A stretch of DNA of 64,000 bases from a virus. The translations under genes and the position numbers were made by a program. How positions within the stretch are numbered: the stretch's first letter is position 1; every line of letters starts with the position of its first letter. Of this stretch, positions 1 to 8,368 are shown one piece after another. Under the pieces are notes generated by a model. That model saw only the letters and a list, made by a program, of their open reading frames with translations, was not told where the DNA came from and did not search any database. Location of the stretch: positions 32,001 through 96,000 of the IMG/VR virus record IMGVR_UViG_3300023110_001773. The stretch is one strand, 5' to 3'.

Positions 1-1674
1 TATTTTTAGTTTATCAAGAACCATCTGTCTAGCTTTTTGGCCAAGGTCTTTGAAGTGATATAGGTTTTCACTATCCTTTGTGTGTTTCTTACCAGTCATA
101 ACTTGTCCATCGTGGGCGTGTTGATCACCCTTCCATTCAGTACCATCTTTCTTATAGTGACCATCGGTTTTCCACGAATGATTCTCACCTTCTTCGATCT
201 TTGTTTTGTAGTGATATTTGTTGGTGGTTTGATTTTTCTTGGTAGTAGAGCCTGGTTCGCCTGGAGTCAAGGCCTTGAAGTATTGTGTACCTTCTGGTCT
301 TCCCCACTCGTATCGACTAATCTGTTTGTCTTCCTTCTGATACATTTTTGCCAGAGTTCTAGCATCAACCTTGTCGGAAATCGTTCTTGCTACTTGTGCA
401 GCATAGTATTCAATACCGTGTTTGAGTTTGCCGCCACCTTCTCTCTTCTTTCTATCGATAATAGGTTTCAGAGTTTTGAGTGCGGTGTTATAGTGAACTC
501 TATGAACAGTTTTGGCAAGTGGGTCTTTCATCCACTGAAATGTTTCTTTTTGAGTTTTTGAGGAATCAACTGCTTTTGCAGAAGTATCCTTCATTTTCTT
601 GATCATATCCGTATAAAACTTTTGACGGGCTTCCAAATCTATACCGTGGTGAGTTTTGAGTCGTCTATTGAGACGTTCTGCTGCAGAAAGTTTTGCTGCC
701 TCTTTGACATCCGTCTTGACCATGATGGGTTTACCACCCTTGCCCTTTCTATCGGCAACGGGGTCTTTTCTTCTCTTGCGTCTGGCAGAAGTCGCCCTAT
801 CGTCCTTGTCCATACTGTGTGCCTTTTGTCTCGGCATACACTTGGGTTTACCTTCGCCAGGCTCTCTTGCACATTGACCTTTGATTTCTCCATCCGTACC
901 TACACGAACCCAATCACCTTTGGGATGATCTTTACTAAACCAATTACGGAGGTCTTCTCTTATGCCCCTCTGTTGTTTTTGGTCACGAATCCATCGTTGA
1001 GCGATATAATTATGGGAAGTTTTTACCCACCGACCAACCTTGCGATAGGCGTGCATAATTCCACTTTGATAGTCTGAACCCTCTGAGTTATCAATAATAA
1101 CAAAATCGTTTCCAAACAAGTTCTGAAACTTACCAATATTCTTTTGTGTTTCTTTCCACATGAAACCCAGTGAAACATTGTCAATAGTTCTGGCTCGATT
1201 TGCATTTCTTTTTCTAGCAGTCTCTCTGTCAGCATTGACAAAAATCATCATTGTCTGGTAACCTAGAGTCTCAAGTGCGTTTTTCTGTTTTTCTATCTTA
1301 GCGTAATCTTTACCAGTACCGTCAATGACAAGACCAAGACGCCCTTCAATATATTGGTCTTGCCTTTTATTAGTTATGTATTTTGCTCGGTCACGCATCG
1401 CCTGACCTTTTGGGCTAGAGATGAAGTCAGTAATTGCTTTTTTCGCCGGGTCTCTTCTAGAAGAGTATGATTGCATAACTCCAGCTTTCTTTAATGCATT
1501 CTCAAACGCATCATCAGAGTTGATAGTCTTTAACCCAAAAGTAGACAGTGCAGTCTGTCCAACGACAAATGACTTACCGCTACCAGGCCCGCCGGCTAAG
1601 AAAACCGCTTTGAAGATGGCAGGGTCATTGACACCTTCTTCTAGAGGTAGAAAATCTTTGAAAGTCTTATCCAT
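1..1674 (-). CDS. Multidomain protein with N-terminal zeta-toxin/AAA_33-like P-loop kinase; 3' end runs off the window; absent from the ORF track
   Basis: Hand translation from ATG at 1674 gives MDKTFKDFLPLEEGVNDPAIFKAVFLAGGPGSGKS (Walker A)...LVIDGTG (Walker B-like). The frame stays open to position 1. A TATAAATA box lies just upstream. Confidence 0.8.
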   Translation of the reverse strand, partial: MDKTFKDFLPLEEGVNDPAIFKAVFLAGGPGSGKSFVVGQTALSTFGLKTINSDDAFENALKKAGVMQSYSSRRDPAKKAITDFISSPKGQAMRDRAKYITNKRQDQYIEGRLGLVIDGTGKDYAKIEKQKNALETLGYQTMMIFVNADRETARKRNANRARTIDNVSLGFMWKETQKNIGKFQNLFGNDFVIIDNSEGSDYQSGIMHAYRKVGRWVKTSHNYIAQRWIRDQKQQRGIREDLRNWFSKDHPKGDWVRVGTDGEIKGQCAREPGEGKPKCMPRQKAHSMDKDDRATSARRKRRKDPVADRKGKGGKPIMVKTDVKEAAKLSAAERLNRRLKTHHGIDLEARQKFYTDMIKKMKDTSAKAVDSSKTQKETFQWMKDPLAKTVHRVHYNTALKTLKPIIDRKKREGGGKLKHGIEYYAAQVARTISDKVDARTLAKMYQKEDKQISRYEWGRPEGTQYFKALTPGEPGSTTKKNQTTNKYHYKTKIEEGENHSWKTDGHYKKDGTEWKGDQHAHDGQVMTGKKHTKDSENLYHFKDLGQKARQMVLDKLKI

Positions 1675-1680
1675 AAGGAC

Positions 1681-1688
1681 TATTTATA
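1681..1688 (-). promoter_or_regulatory. T4-type late promoter (TATAAATA)
   Basis: Exact gp55 consensus a few nt upstream of the ATG at 1674. Confidence 0.75.
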
Positions 1689-1899
1689 ATACCTTAACTA
1701 ACTTAGAGATAGCATCAACAACCTTAGCAGCAAGAATTTTCATACTCTCATCTTTAATATCTTCTCTGATTGATTCGATATCAGTAAAGTCTTGAACAAG
1801 TTCTTCGTATTCATCTTGGGAAATCATACCACCGTCTAAGAGTTCATTGAGTTCTCTGACTTTTTGTTCGTACTTCTTAATTAATGCGTCTTCGCTCAT
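1684..1899 (-). CDS. Small SHOCT-like protein
   Basis: LNELLDGGMISQDEYEEL matches the SHOCT pattern; overlaps the upstream gene by 4 nt. Confidence 0.55.
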   Translation of the reverse strand: MSEDALIKKYEQKVRELNELLDGGMISQDEYEELVQDFTDIESIREDIKDESMKILAAKVVDAISKLVKVL

Positions 1900-2267
1900 T
1901 TCATTCTACTCCCAGCTACGGCAAGTGCCTCTTCTACTATAGAGGAAATATTTCCCCACTTGATTCTACAATAACCCTCAGACGGGTCTTGTCTGTTTCT
2001 CAACTCAGTGGTTAGATCATGAATCTGTGTATAGATTTTTTGATTTGTTTCGTTCATGGTATGTTCTGAATACTTTTCCAAGAAAGCAGAATAAGACCAT
2101 GCCAGTTGAATCTGGTCTGAGGAACAATCCTTTGTGTTTTCTGAAATTACACCCAAGTGTACCAAATTACCATATTCCACATTATCAAACTTATCTGGTA
2201 TTAAATTGCTAAGGCTAGAACACCCAACCAATACCGTTGTTAAAACACCAACTAAAAAACCTTTCAT
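1896..2267 (-). CDS. Lipoprotein of unknown function
   Basis: Signal peptide with lipobox LVGC; translationally coupled to the lysozyme gene. Confidence 0.65.
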   Translation of the reverse strand: MKGFLVGVLTTVLVGCSSLSNLIPDKFDNVEYGNLVHLGVISENTKDCSSDQIQLAWSYSAFLEKYSEHTMNETNQKIYTQIHDLTTELRNRQDPSEGYCRIKWGNISSIVEEALAVAGSRMK

Positions 2268-2710
2268 ACTGACTCCAAACGACTCATCAACCTCTCTGCT
2301 CTGTTGGTGACCTGTTTATACCACAAAGAATCTCTTCCCTCTACTGCGGCATTTTTCCAATCACCCTCTAAGAGAGCTTCATTCATTTTTTTAAACTTGG
2401 ATAATCGGGTACGTCCCATATTAAACATCATGTTGACCAATATCTGCTGGACTTCATCGGGAAAATCTCGAAAACACCCCTCCCCGTATAAAGCATCACA
2501 TTCTCGGATTGCTGTCTCCAAATCTCTATCAAATACCTCTCTGACTCTTTCTTCGTCCACTGGAGTTCCAATTGGTTTTCCGATCTCCTCGTCACCCTCA
2601 ACGATGAGGTGTCCGACTCCGAAAGTAGGATATCCAAGGTGATCATTGTAGATTTCATACACTACACCCTCGTCTATCTTTAATTGTTCGTATACTGCCT
2701 CTCTGTTCAT
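2264..2710 (-). CDS. e: T4-type lysozyme (GH24 endolysin)
   Basis: LKIDEG...YNDHLGYPTFGVGHL catalytic region; NMMFNMG; SLWYKQVTNRAERL. Confidence 0.9.
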   Translation of the reverse strand: MNREAVYEQLKIDEGVVYEIYNDHLGYPTFGVGHLIVEGDEEIGKPIGTPVDEERVREVFDRDLETAIRECDALYGEGCFRDFPDEVQQILVNMMFNMGRTRLSKFKKMNEALLEGDWKNAAVEGRDSLWYKQVTNRAERLMSRLESV

Positions 2711-3351
2711 TTATTTGACTCCTTCAGAAACATTGAAAAGGACATTCTCACTTGGTCTTCATGAAGACCCATACCTTTTCTGGTAGCATGGAACAATTTT
2801 TTTGCCTCTTCATGAGAGGTGTTCTTATGCAAACCAGACTTAAAAGATTTATAATCATTGTTAGATGCGTGAGATCGCATCTTTGTTCCACTTATTCCAG
2901 CAACACCCGAAGCATCAGGATCACGAGCACCAGCAGATACAACTTTGAGGTGCTTAAACTTATAATATCCGTGAGAACCCTTTTTGCCATTATACTTGTC
3001 TGCAAGTTTCTGGAATTCATGAACACGATCTGATCCTGCCACCATTGTGACATGGGTGTGACCCTCTTGGTGCATTTTACTGAGGTGTGCAAAAAAGTGA
3101 GGATGGGATTGCGAAGATGCTTCAAACTTTCCGTGGGGATGAACATGTTTGAGATACCTCAATTTTTGTTTTGCTGAGAGCGGGTTTTTGTGTTTGTCCT
3201 GAGAGTGACTAACTATAACTCTATGATCAGCATTCCTCGATTTTGCTTCTGCATGAACCTTGTCTACCAATTTACTGTGACCAGCAGTAGGCGGATTCAT
3301 TCTTCCAAATGCAAACACGATATGTTTTTCTTTTTCTTCTTTTATTCTCAT
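2707..3351 (-). CDS. Cytidyltransferase-like (HxGH family) nucleotidyltransferase
   Basis: FGRMNPPTAGH, VAGSDR and ISGTKMR motifs; start at MRIKEE preferred. Confidence 0.8.
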   Translation of the reverse strand: MRIKEEKEKHIVFAFGRMNPPTAGHSKLVDKVHAEAKSRNADHRVIVSHSQDKHKNPLSAKQKLRYLKHVHPHGKFEASSQSHPHFFAHLSKMHQEGHTHVTMVAGSDRVHEFQKLADKYNGKKGSHGYYKFKHLKVVSAGARDPDASGVAGISGTKMRSHASNNDYKSFKSGLHKNTSHEEAKKLFHATRKGMGLHEDQVRMSFSMFLKESNK

Positions 3352-4607
3352 CTGTCCCACGCCTTGATTGCAGTGAAATTATTGTAACTGAATTCCATGC
3401 GGTCAACAAGTTTAACTGCATTACCACCAACTCTATCGATAGCAACATAACCTTCTGGATTGACAACCTTGAATCCCTGTTTGGTGCGAACAAAAGTATC
3501 CATCAACTGTTTGATAGAATTTAGTTTCCTCACAATAATCATCTTCGCATCTACCAGAGCATTTTGAAAAGCAACAATATTTCCAAGTAAAACCCTATGT
3601 TTTTTTATTTCTCTGAGAGTTTCTACTTTCTTTTTCTCCACTCTCTTCTTTGCATCGGGGGTCTTTAGTTTATTAGCAGCAAGGTCAAACTTTTCCGACA
3701 CCCAAGTTTCATAACCAGAAACATGGGTGGAAACATTGGCAATTTTCTCTCCAACCCTAACTTTGGAGTTATTGTATGTTTTGAGTGTAGCGCCAGTAGT
3801 TTTACTATCAGCTTCCAAAGCAGACTGCAATCTCATAAAATTCTTTAACTGTACAGCATCGATTTTGCGAAATAACTTTCCTGCCTCGGAAAGTTTTGCA
3901 GTTACCGATGCAGTTTCAGATTTTGTAAAGGTAGCAGTGCCACTTTCATCACGATAACTAGCATCATCCATCCACACACTTTTTATTTTTTTGAGACCAC
4001 TGATATTTGCACCAAAAGACGCTTGCATATTTTGCAAACTGTTGCCAGTATATGTGGTATGCCATACAACACCAATTCTCGCAGCCCTTATCTGATTGTC
4101 AAGATCAGAACCACGGGGAACTGCATAAACGATTGTATTTGGTTGAAATGTTGTATACCTAACATTATCAATGGTCTCGGTTTCAAGGGAACCAGAGGTA
4201 AACATCAAATCACCCTGTAGAACTCCCCTGATACCGAGTTTGCTAAATTCTTCTAATGCGATACTAAAAGGAATTTTCAATGCTTGTGGTAGTTTAGCAT
4301 CGTCTTGTATTTCTTTTTTTGTCTTATATAGTAGCGGTGTTTTGTTGAACACAGACTTCTTTGCGACAAAAAACTTCCCATCCGAGGGGTCTACACCAGC
4401 AAAGATAGCAGGGGCCCCATCCCACTTCACTGTCATGTGAACAGAGGAACGAGAACTACCAGAAAGCATATCACGCAAAGACTGTAAAAAATTAATTGCG
4501 CCCCTAGCCCCACCAATTCCGAAATTAATAATTTCGTCTTCTAGGTGTTCTAGGTGAAGATTCTTCCCTTGGGCATCTTCATTTAAATAGGATGAAAAAC
4601 TATACAT
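3348..4607 (-). CDS. Conserved T4-like phage protein (DUF6267-like) with ligase-type nucleotidyltransferase motifs
   Basis: HLEHLED, TVKWDGAP (KxDG), LQGDLMF, PEGYV, VKLVDR. Confidence 0.65.
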   Translation of the reverse strand: MYSFSSYLNEDAQGKNLHLEHLEDEIINFGIGGARGAINFLQSLRDMLSGSSRSSVHMTVKWDGAPAIFAGVDPSDGKFFVAKKSVFNKTPLLYKTKKEIQDDAKLPQALKIPFSIALEEFSKLGIRGVLQGDLMFTSGSLETETIDNVRYTTFQPNTIVYAVPRGSDLDNQIRAARIGVVWHTTYTGNSLQNMQASFGANISGLKKIKSVWMDDASYRDESGTATFTKSETASVTAKLSEAGKLFRKIDAVQLKNFMRLQSALEADSKTTGATLKTYNNSKVRVGEKIANVSTHVSGYETWVSEKFDLAANKLKTPDAKKRVEKKKVETLREIKKHRVLLGNIVAFQNALVDAKMIIVRKLNSIKQLMDTFVRTKQGFKVVNPEGYVAIDRVGGNAVKLVDRMEFSYNNFTAIKAWDR

Positions 4608-4612
4608 ACCAC

Positions 4613-4620
4613 TATTTATA
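4613..4620 (-). promoter_or_regulatory. T4-type late promoter (TATAAATA)
   Basis: Exact consensus just upstream of the ATG at 4607. Confidence 0.75.
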
Positions 4621-4629
4621 AAAAACCTC

Positions 4630-5061
4630 TCAAGCGTTTTTGGCCACGGACTTTTTTTCGGGGGCCGAACGCTTTGAAACCTCTTTAGGTTTTTTGAGCG
4701 ACCTTAGTTCTGCCTTCAATACCTTCATCTCTTCCTTGAGTTTCTCTTTCTCATTGATCTCAAATGCAACAGCGATTTTCTTATCTTCTAATGCTTTTAG
4801 AGTCACTTCAAGGTTCGCATTCACATGGACTAATTTTTGCGTCAGACTTTTGCGAAGATTTTCAGATTTTTCCAAATTGCTTTCTGCAAGTTTCATCCTC
4901 GCATAAACCTTCCACTTTTCCACATAGTCTATAGCAAGAGCCTCAGATAAAGAATCTACTTCAGCCTGTTCTAGGTTATTATCTAAGAGTTCTTGACTTT
5001 TTAAAAATTCTTTTTCTACTTTCTCTTCAAGTATTTTGATATCTTCTTCTTTCATTATCAT
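4630..5061 (-). CDS. Hypothetical coiled-coil protein
   Basis: E/K-rich heptad-like ORF with GGAG RBS. Confidence 0.6.
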   Translation of the reverse strand: MIMKEEDIKILEEKVEKEFLKSQELLDNNLEQAEVDSLSEALAIDYVEKWKVYARMKLAESNLEKSENLRKSLTQKLVHVNANLEVTLKALEDKKIAVAFEINEKEKLKEEMKVLKAELRSLKKPKEVSKRSAPEKKSVAKNA

Positions 5062-5068
5062 TCTCCAT

Positions 5069-5093
5069 AAAAAAAGGGGGTGTTACCCCCCTT
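5069..5093 (-). terminator. Rho-independent terminator
   Basis: G-run/C-run hairpin (GGGGGG TAACA CCCCC) followed by a T-run on the minus strand, just after the 5116..6057 stop. Confidence 0.7.
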
Positions 5094-5115
5094 ATTTATC
5101 ACACTTTTGATGTAA

Positions 5116-6057
5116 TTAGTTACAAACAATAGTACCTGTTCCATCATCAGCACATGTGATCGGTGTTGCAAGATCAGTACCTAACTGTTGAATCGTGGAA
5201 TTGAAGTCTGCAAGAATTGATTGAATGTTAGCATCTCTTGTTGTAGAGTAGTCCAACCAAGCATCATTCTGAGTCACGAGACTAGTCATTCCCGTAGTAC
5301 CAAGACTAATACCAGTGTTCTCAGTAGCGGCAATTCCAGTAGTACCCAAAGTCACAAGACTAGTCATACCAGCAAGACCGACTGCACCCGTTGCATTGAT
5401 ACCGTCTTCAGCAGTAGCACCAATCTGAGTGAAACCGGCGGTAGCAACATCACCAAGGGTAGTCATGCCAGTGGTTGCGATACTATCCGCAGTATTCAAA
5501 CCAGCGACTGCGACATCAACAGTTTGACCACCAGCAGTATTCAGTGCATTGAATCCTGCGATTGCAATCTCAGCAGTAGCGGCACCACCAGCAGCTGCGG
5601 TAGTAGACCAACCAGTACTCAGATCACCGACCAAACCACCAACCATTTCCTGTTGACCAAGTTGAATGGCTTCGTTACTAGCCATACTTGCCATCTGGAC
5701 TTTAGCAGCGTTATTAGATGCATTTTTCGATACACCGGCCTGGATCAAACCAAGACCCAAAGTACCAACAGTAGGCGTAAGAACTTGCGCCCATTTCAGA
5801 GCGGAAGACTCAACGTACTGCGGGGTAACGGTTTTGTCTTGAGACAGTGCGATAGCCATAACAGCTGCGGATGCAGCCTGACCATCACCACTTGCAGCGA
5901 CTTGTGCGAGCGCACGATACTTCGCTTCGGATGCAAGAGCCTGGGCTTCTGCGGTCTTGCGAATTGCTTCGTAATATTCACTTCCTGAGGCTGAAGCACA
6001 CCCCACATTTGTTGCCATGACTATAAAAGCCAATGCAACCGTCAATAACCGTGTCAT
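5116..6057 (-). CDS. Gly/Ala/Thr-rich lipoprotein
   Basis: Signal peptide with NVGC lipobox; long amphipathic G/A/T repeats. Confidence 0.65.
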   Translation of the reverse strand: MTRLLTVALAFIVMATNVGCASASGSEYYEAIRKTAEAQALASEAKYRALAQVAASGDGQAASAAVMAIALSQDKTVTPQYVESSALKWAQVLTPTVGTLGLGLIQAGVSKNASNNAAKVQMASMASNEAIQLGQQEMVGGLVGDLSTGWSTTAAAGGAATAEIAIAGFNALNTAGGQTVDVAVAGLNTADSIATTGMTTLGDVATAGFTQIGATAEDGINATGAVGLAGMTSLVTLGTTGIAATENTGISLGTTGMTSLVTQNDAWLDYSTTRDANIQSILADFNSTIQQLGTDLATPITCADDGTGTIVCN

Positions 6058-6120
6058 AAAAAATCCCTCTTGTTGCTTACTAAACGGTTCTAAATATATA
6101 TAGCAGAAAGAAACACAAAA

Positions 6121-6423
6121 TTAATCAGATGAGCGATATTTTTGTGATAGATTTCTCACTGCAACCGACTTGGCGTCCTTTTTGCCGTAATCATTTGCAA
6201 GAGCTGATGTTGGATTAGCTTCTGCAATTCTAGACAGGACTTCCTTGAACCCGCCGTCTGGTTTTGTTCTATCTCCATGGCCGCCAACCAAACCAGGCGC
6301 CTTACCGTTGAAAACTTTTTCAACGTGTGGATTCTCTTTAAGAAACTCTTCGGAAGCAGAAATTCCCATGAACTCTTCCCACTCTTCACCAGTTTCTTTG
6401 TTTCTAAAATTATAAGTTGGCAT
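6121..6423 (-). CDS. FmdB-like small protein typical of T4-like phages
   Basis: N-terminus MPTYNFRNKETGEEWEEFM; Zn-ribbon cysteines absent. Confidence 0.6.
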   Translation of the reverse strand: MPTYNFRNKETGEEWEEFMGISASEEFLKENPHVEKVFNGKAPGLVGGHGDRTKPDGGFKEVLSRIAEANPTSALANDYGKKDAKSVAVRNLSQKYRSSD

Positions 6424-6437
6424 TTACTTTCCTAAAT

Positions 6438-6514
<77 letters not shown>

Positions 6515-6519
6515 AAAAA

Positions 6520-6798
6520 TTATAACTTATCTACAATGGTTTTAATTTCTGGAGTATTTTCATCCAAACCAAGAGATTTTGCATAGTTTAACTGATTTGT
6601 CTCAACTTTTTTCAAACCCAAAACATGTCTAGCTTCATCACGAACTTCAGCAGAACAAGAAAAACCAAATTTATCTGGGTCTAAAAGAGACCAGATAAAT
6701 GTATATGCTTCAAGAATATTCTGTGCAACTTCTGGGTTTGACATCTCTTTGATGCCATCCGCAATTTTGTTTAAATGTTCTTTTGAACTAGAACTCAT
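6520..6798 (-). CDS. Hypothetical protein
   Basis: ORF with AAGG RBS downstream of a sigma70-like promoter (TTGACT-17-TAGTAT, -35 at 6856-6861). Confidence 0.6.
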   Translation of the reverse strand: MSSSSKEHLNKIADGIKEMSNPEVAQNILEAYTFIWSLLDPDKFGFSCSAEVRDEARHVLGLKKVETNQLNYAKSLGLDENTPEIKTIVDKL

Positions 6799-6857
6799 TA
6801 TGAAATACCTTTTTTATCAATTTCAATTTACTATACTAACAAAAGTATCAACTAAAG

Positions 6858-7049
6858 TCAAGGAAATATTTCAACAAATTTTCGATAACTTTTTGAAAAC
6901 TGGCGGGAAGGTTTTGAAAAAATGATTTCTTCTTTAGTGCCAGTCTTGATGTATCCCACACACTTTGAGTCTTCAAATATATATGTGTGATTGGGGACAG
7001 TGTGTTCAACTTTGTCCCACTTGGTTATTTCTTTGAAGTATCTTTTCAA
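6858..7049 (-). CDS. Hypothetical early protein
   Basis: Part of a chain of overlapping small ORFs. Confidence 0.6.
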   Translation of the reverse strand: MKRYFKEITKWDKVEHTVPNHTYIFEDSKCVGYIKTGTKEEIIFSKPSRQFSKSYRKFVEIFP

Positions 7050-7273
7050 AATGCCCTCGCATCTTTATCAACTAGTCGGGGTTCACAATACGCACGAATG
7101 TTTACTCCATTCGACTTCCAACTTTTTACAGCACCGTCTGGGCCAGAACCAGCGAAACCCGTCTCGGTCTCAAAGGCCTTGCGATTACAGTCAGCGGCAT
7201 TTTGGAAATACATACCATCAGTATTGTTGGGCAAATTATTGATCAAAACAACCAAAGCAAATACCAGTTTCAT
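7046..7273 (-). CDS. Hypothetical small exported protein
   Basis: Hydrophobic N-terminus, two Cys, 4-nt overlaps with both neighbours. Confidence 0.55.
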   Translation of the reverse strand: MKLVFALVVLINNLPNNTDGMYFQNAADCNRKAFETETGFAGSGPDGAVKSWKSNGVNIRAYCEPRLVDKDARAF

Positions 7274-7467
7274 CTTTCACCTCTTCTTACAGCGTTCAAC
7301 AAAGCTCTCAACTCGGTCTCCATCTGCTCGACTCCAAAGACTAACACTTGTGTGCCGTCTTTACGAATCGTTACATGGCGATCCACAAACCAGTATGGAT
7401 CATCTAAAATACGATTACGCTCTTCATCGAACACCCGCACAGGCCACTCGGTCTTCCAATCTATCAT
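7270..7467 (-). CDS. Hypothetical early protein
   Basis: Coupled ORF in the early operon. Confidence 0.55.
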   Translation of the reverse strand: MIDWKTEWPVRVFDEERNRILDDPYWFVDRHVTIRKDGTQVLVFGVEQMETELRALLNAVRRGER

Positions 7468-7610
7468 GATGTCAAAACCTTGTGTGCCTCGATGACACGG
7501 TTGGGGAACATCATGGGATTAGTGGCGACAGCATTCATCACCCAATCCCATGTCTTGCCAAGGAACTCGGCCTCAGCGTTGATAATACGTCCTGCTTTAC
7601 TTAGAGTCAT
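7464..7610 (-). CDS. Hypothetical 48-aa protein (not in ORF track)
   Basis: MTLSKAGRIINAEAEFLGKTWDW...; fills the gap with start/stop overlaps on both sides. Confidence 0.55.
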   Translation of the reverse strand: MTLSKAGRIINAEAEFLGKTWDWVMNAVATNPMMFPNRVIEAHKVLTS

Positions 7611-7819
7611 TAAAAAGCCTCCATCTGACCAGTCTTTTCGTTGGTCATCTCAAGAATAACATAGGGAACCCGAACAGACATGGTAACTTCACCAGCCCAC
7701 GCACATGCATCAGCCCAAGACATGAAACCCATGCGTTCTTTGGTTTTTATACCTTCCAAAGTACCTTTCAAATGATACTTGGTCATAGCAACAGTAACGG
7801 GATAATTATCAGTATGCAT
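7610..7819 (-). CDS. Hypothetical early protein
   Basis: Coupled ORF with GGAGG RBS. Confidence 0.6.
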   Translation of the reverse strand: MHTDNYPVTVAMTKYHLKGTLEGIKTKERMGFMSWADACAWAGEVTMSVRVPYVILEMTNEKTGQMEAF

Positions 7820-8205
7820 TAGGCAGCCTCCGCACCAACAAAAGAACTCATCAACTGAGTGAAACCCATTGGATCAACCATTAGGACTTCACCATATTCT
7901 CCAACGAGAATGTCACCAACTGACATCGAATGTTGTTGAGCATGGCGAGTGATCAACTTTTCGTAATCCTCATTGCCATGCGGATTATTGTGAACCAAAA
8001 ATGCCTGTTCACAATCGTTTACATCGATGTCAGCGACATGTTGGAAGTATTGATCATACTCGGTCACATAGGCCTCGGAACCACGCATGGTCAGTGCCAT
8101 GTGAGCCTCAACTCGGGGAAACTTTTCCATCGCCTCCGTCCAACCCATCTCATTGACGGCATCAAACTCGGAACGGGGAACATCTAACTGAAACAATCTA
8201 AACAT
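7819..8205 (-). CDS. YodL-like domain protein
   Basis: C-terminal HSMSVGDILV motif; first gene after the early promoter; start at 8205 follows a GAGAGAGG RBS. Confidence 0.55.
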   Translation of the reverse strand: MFRLFQLDVPRSEFDAVNEMGWTEAMEKFPRVEAHMALTMRGSEAYVTEYDQYFQHVADIDVNDCEQAFLVHNNPHGNEDYEKLITRHAQQHSMSVGDILVGEYGEVLMVDPMGFTQLMSSFVGAEAA

Positions 8206-8239
8206 CAAAAAAACCTCTCTCAACTCAATTTACACATAT

Positions 8240-8268
8240 ATTATGACAGCTATTGGGGCAGATGTCAA
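8240..8268 (-). promoter_or_regulatory. Sigma70-like early promoter
   Basis: TTGACA-17 nt-CATAAT; spacer motif ATAGCTGT shared with the promoter at 25140-25168. Confidence 0.75.
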
Positions 8269-8283
8269 GTTTTTAAACATCTG

Positions 8284-8343
8284 TAAGCCATTGATTTAAA
8301 AGGAAAAGCAAAAAAAATTAAAAAAAATGTAAGTCATTGATTT
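8284..8343. repeat. Two near-identical IHF-box-like direct repeats
   Basis: TAAGCCATTGATTT at 8284-8297 and TAAGTCATTGATTT at 8330-8343; their reverse complements fit WATCAANNNNTTR. Confidence 0.6.
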
Positions 8344-8368
8344 TAAAGGAAAAAAATATCCTTACAAA

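Noticed and set aside
82-1795. Plus-strand ORFs 82..561, 622..1077 and 1421..1795
   Set aside because: They are antisense shadows of the long minus-strand kinase ORF (1..1674).
8284-8343. Possible CRISPR mini-array or att site
   Set aside because: Only two imperfect AT-rich copies with an A-run spacer, and no cas or integrase gene. An IHF-like site explains it better.
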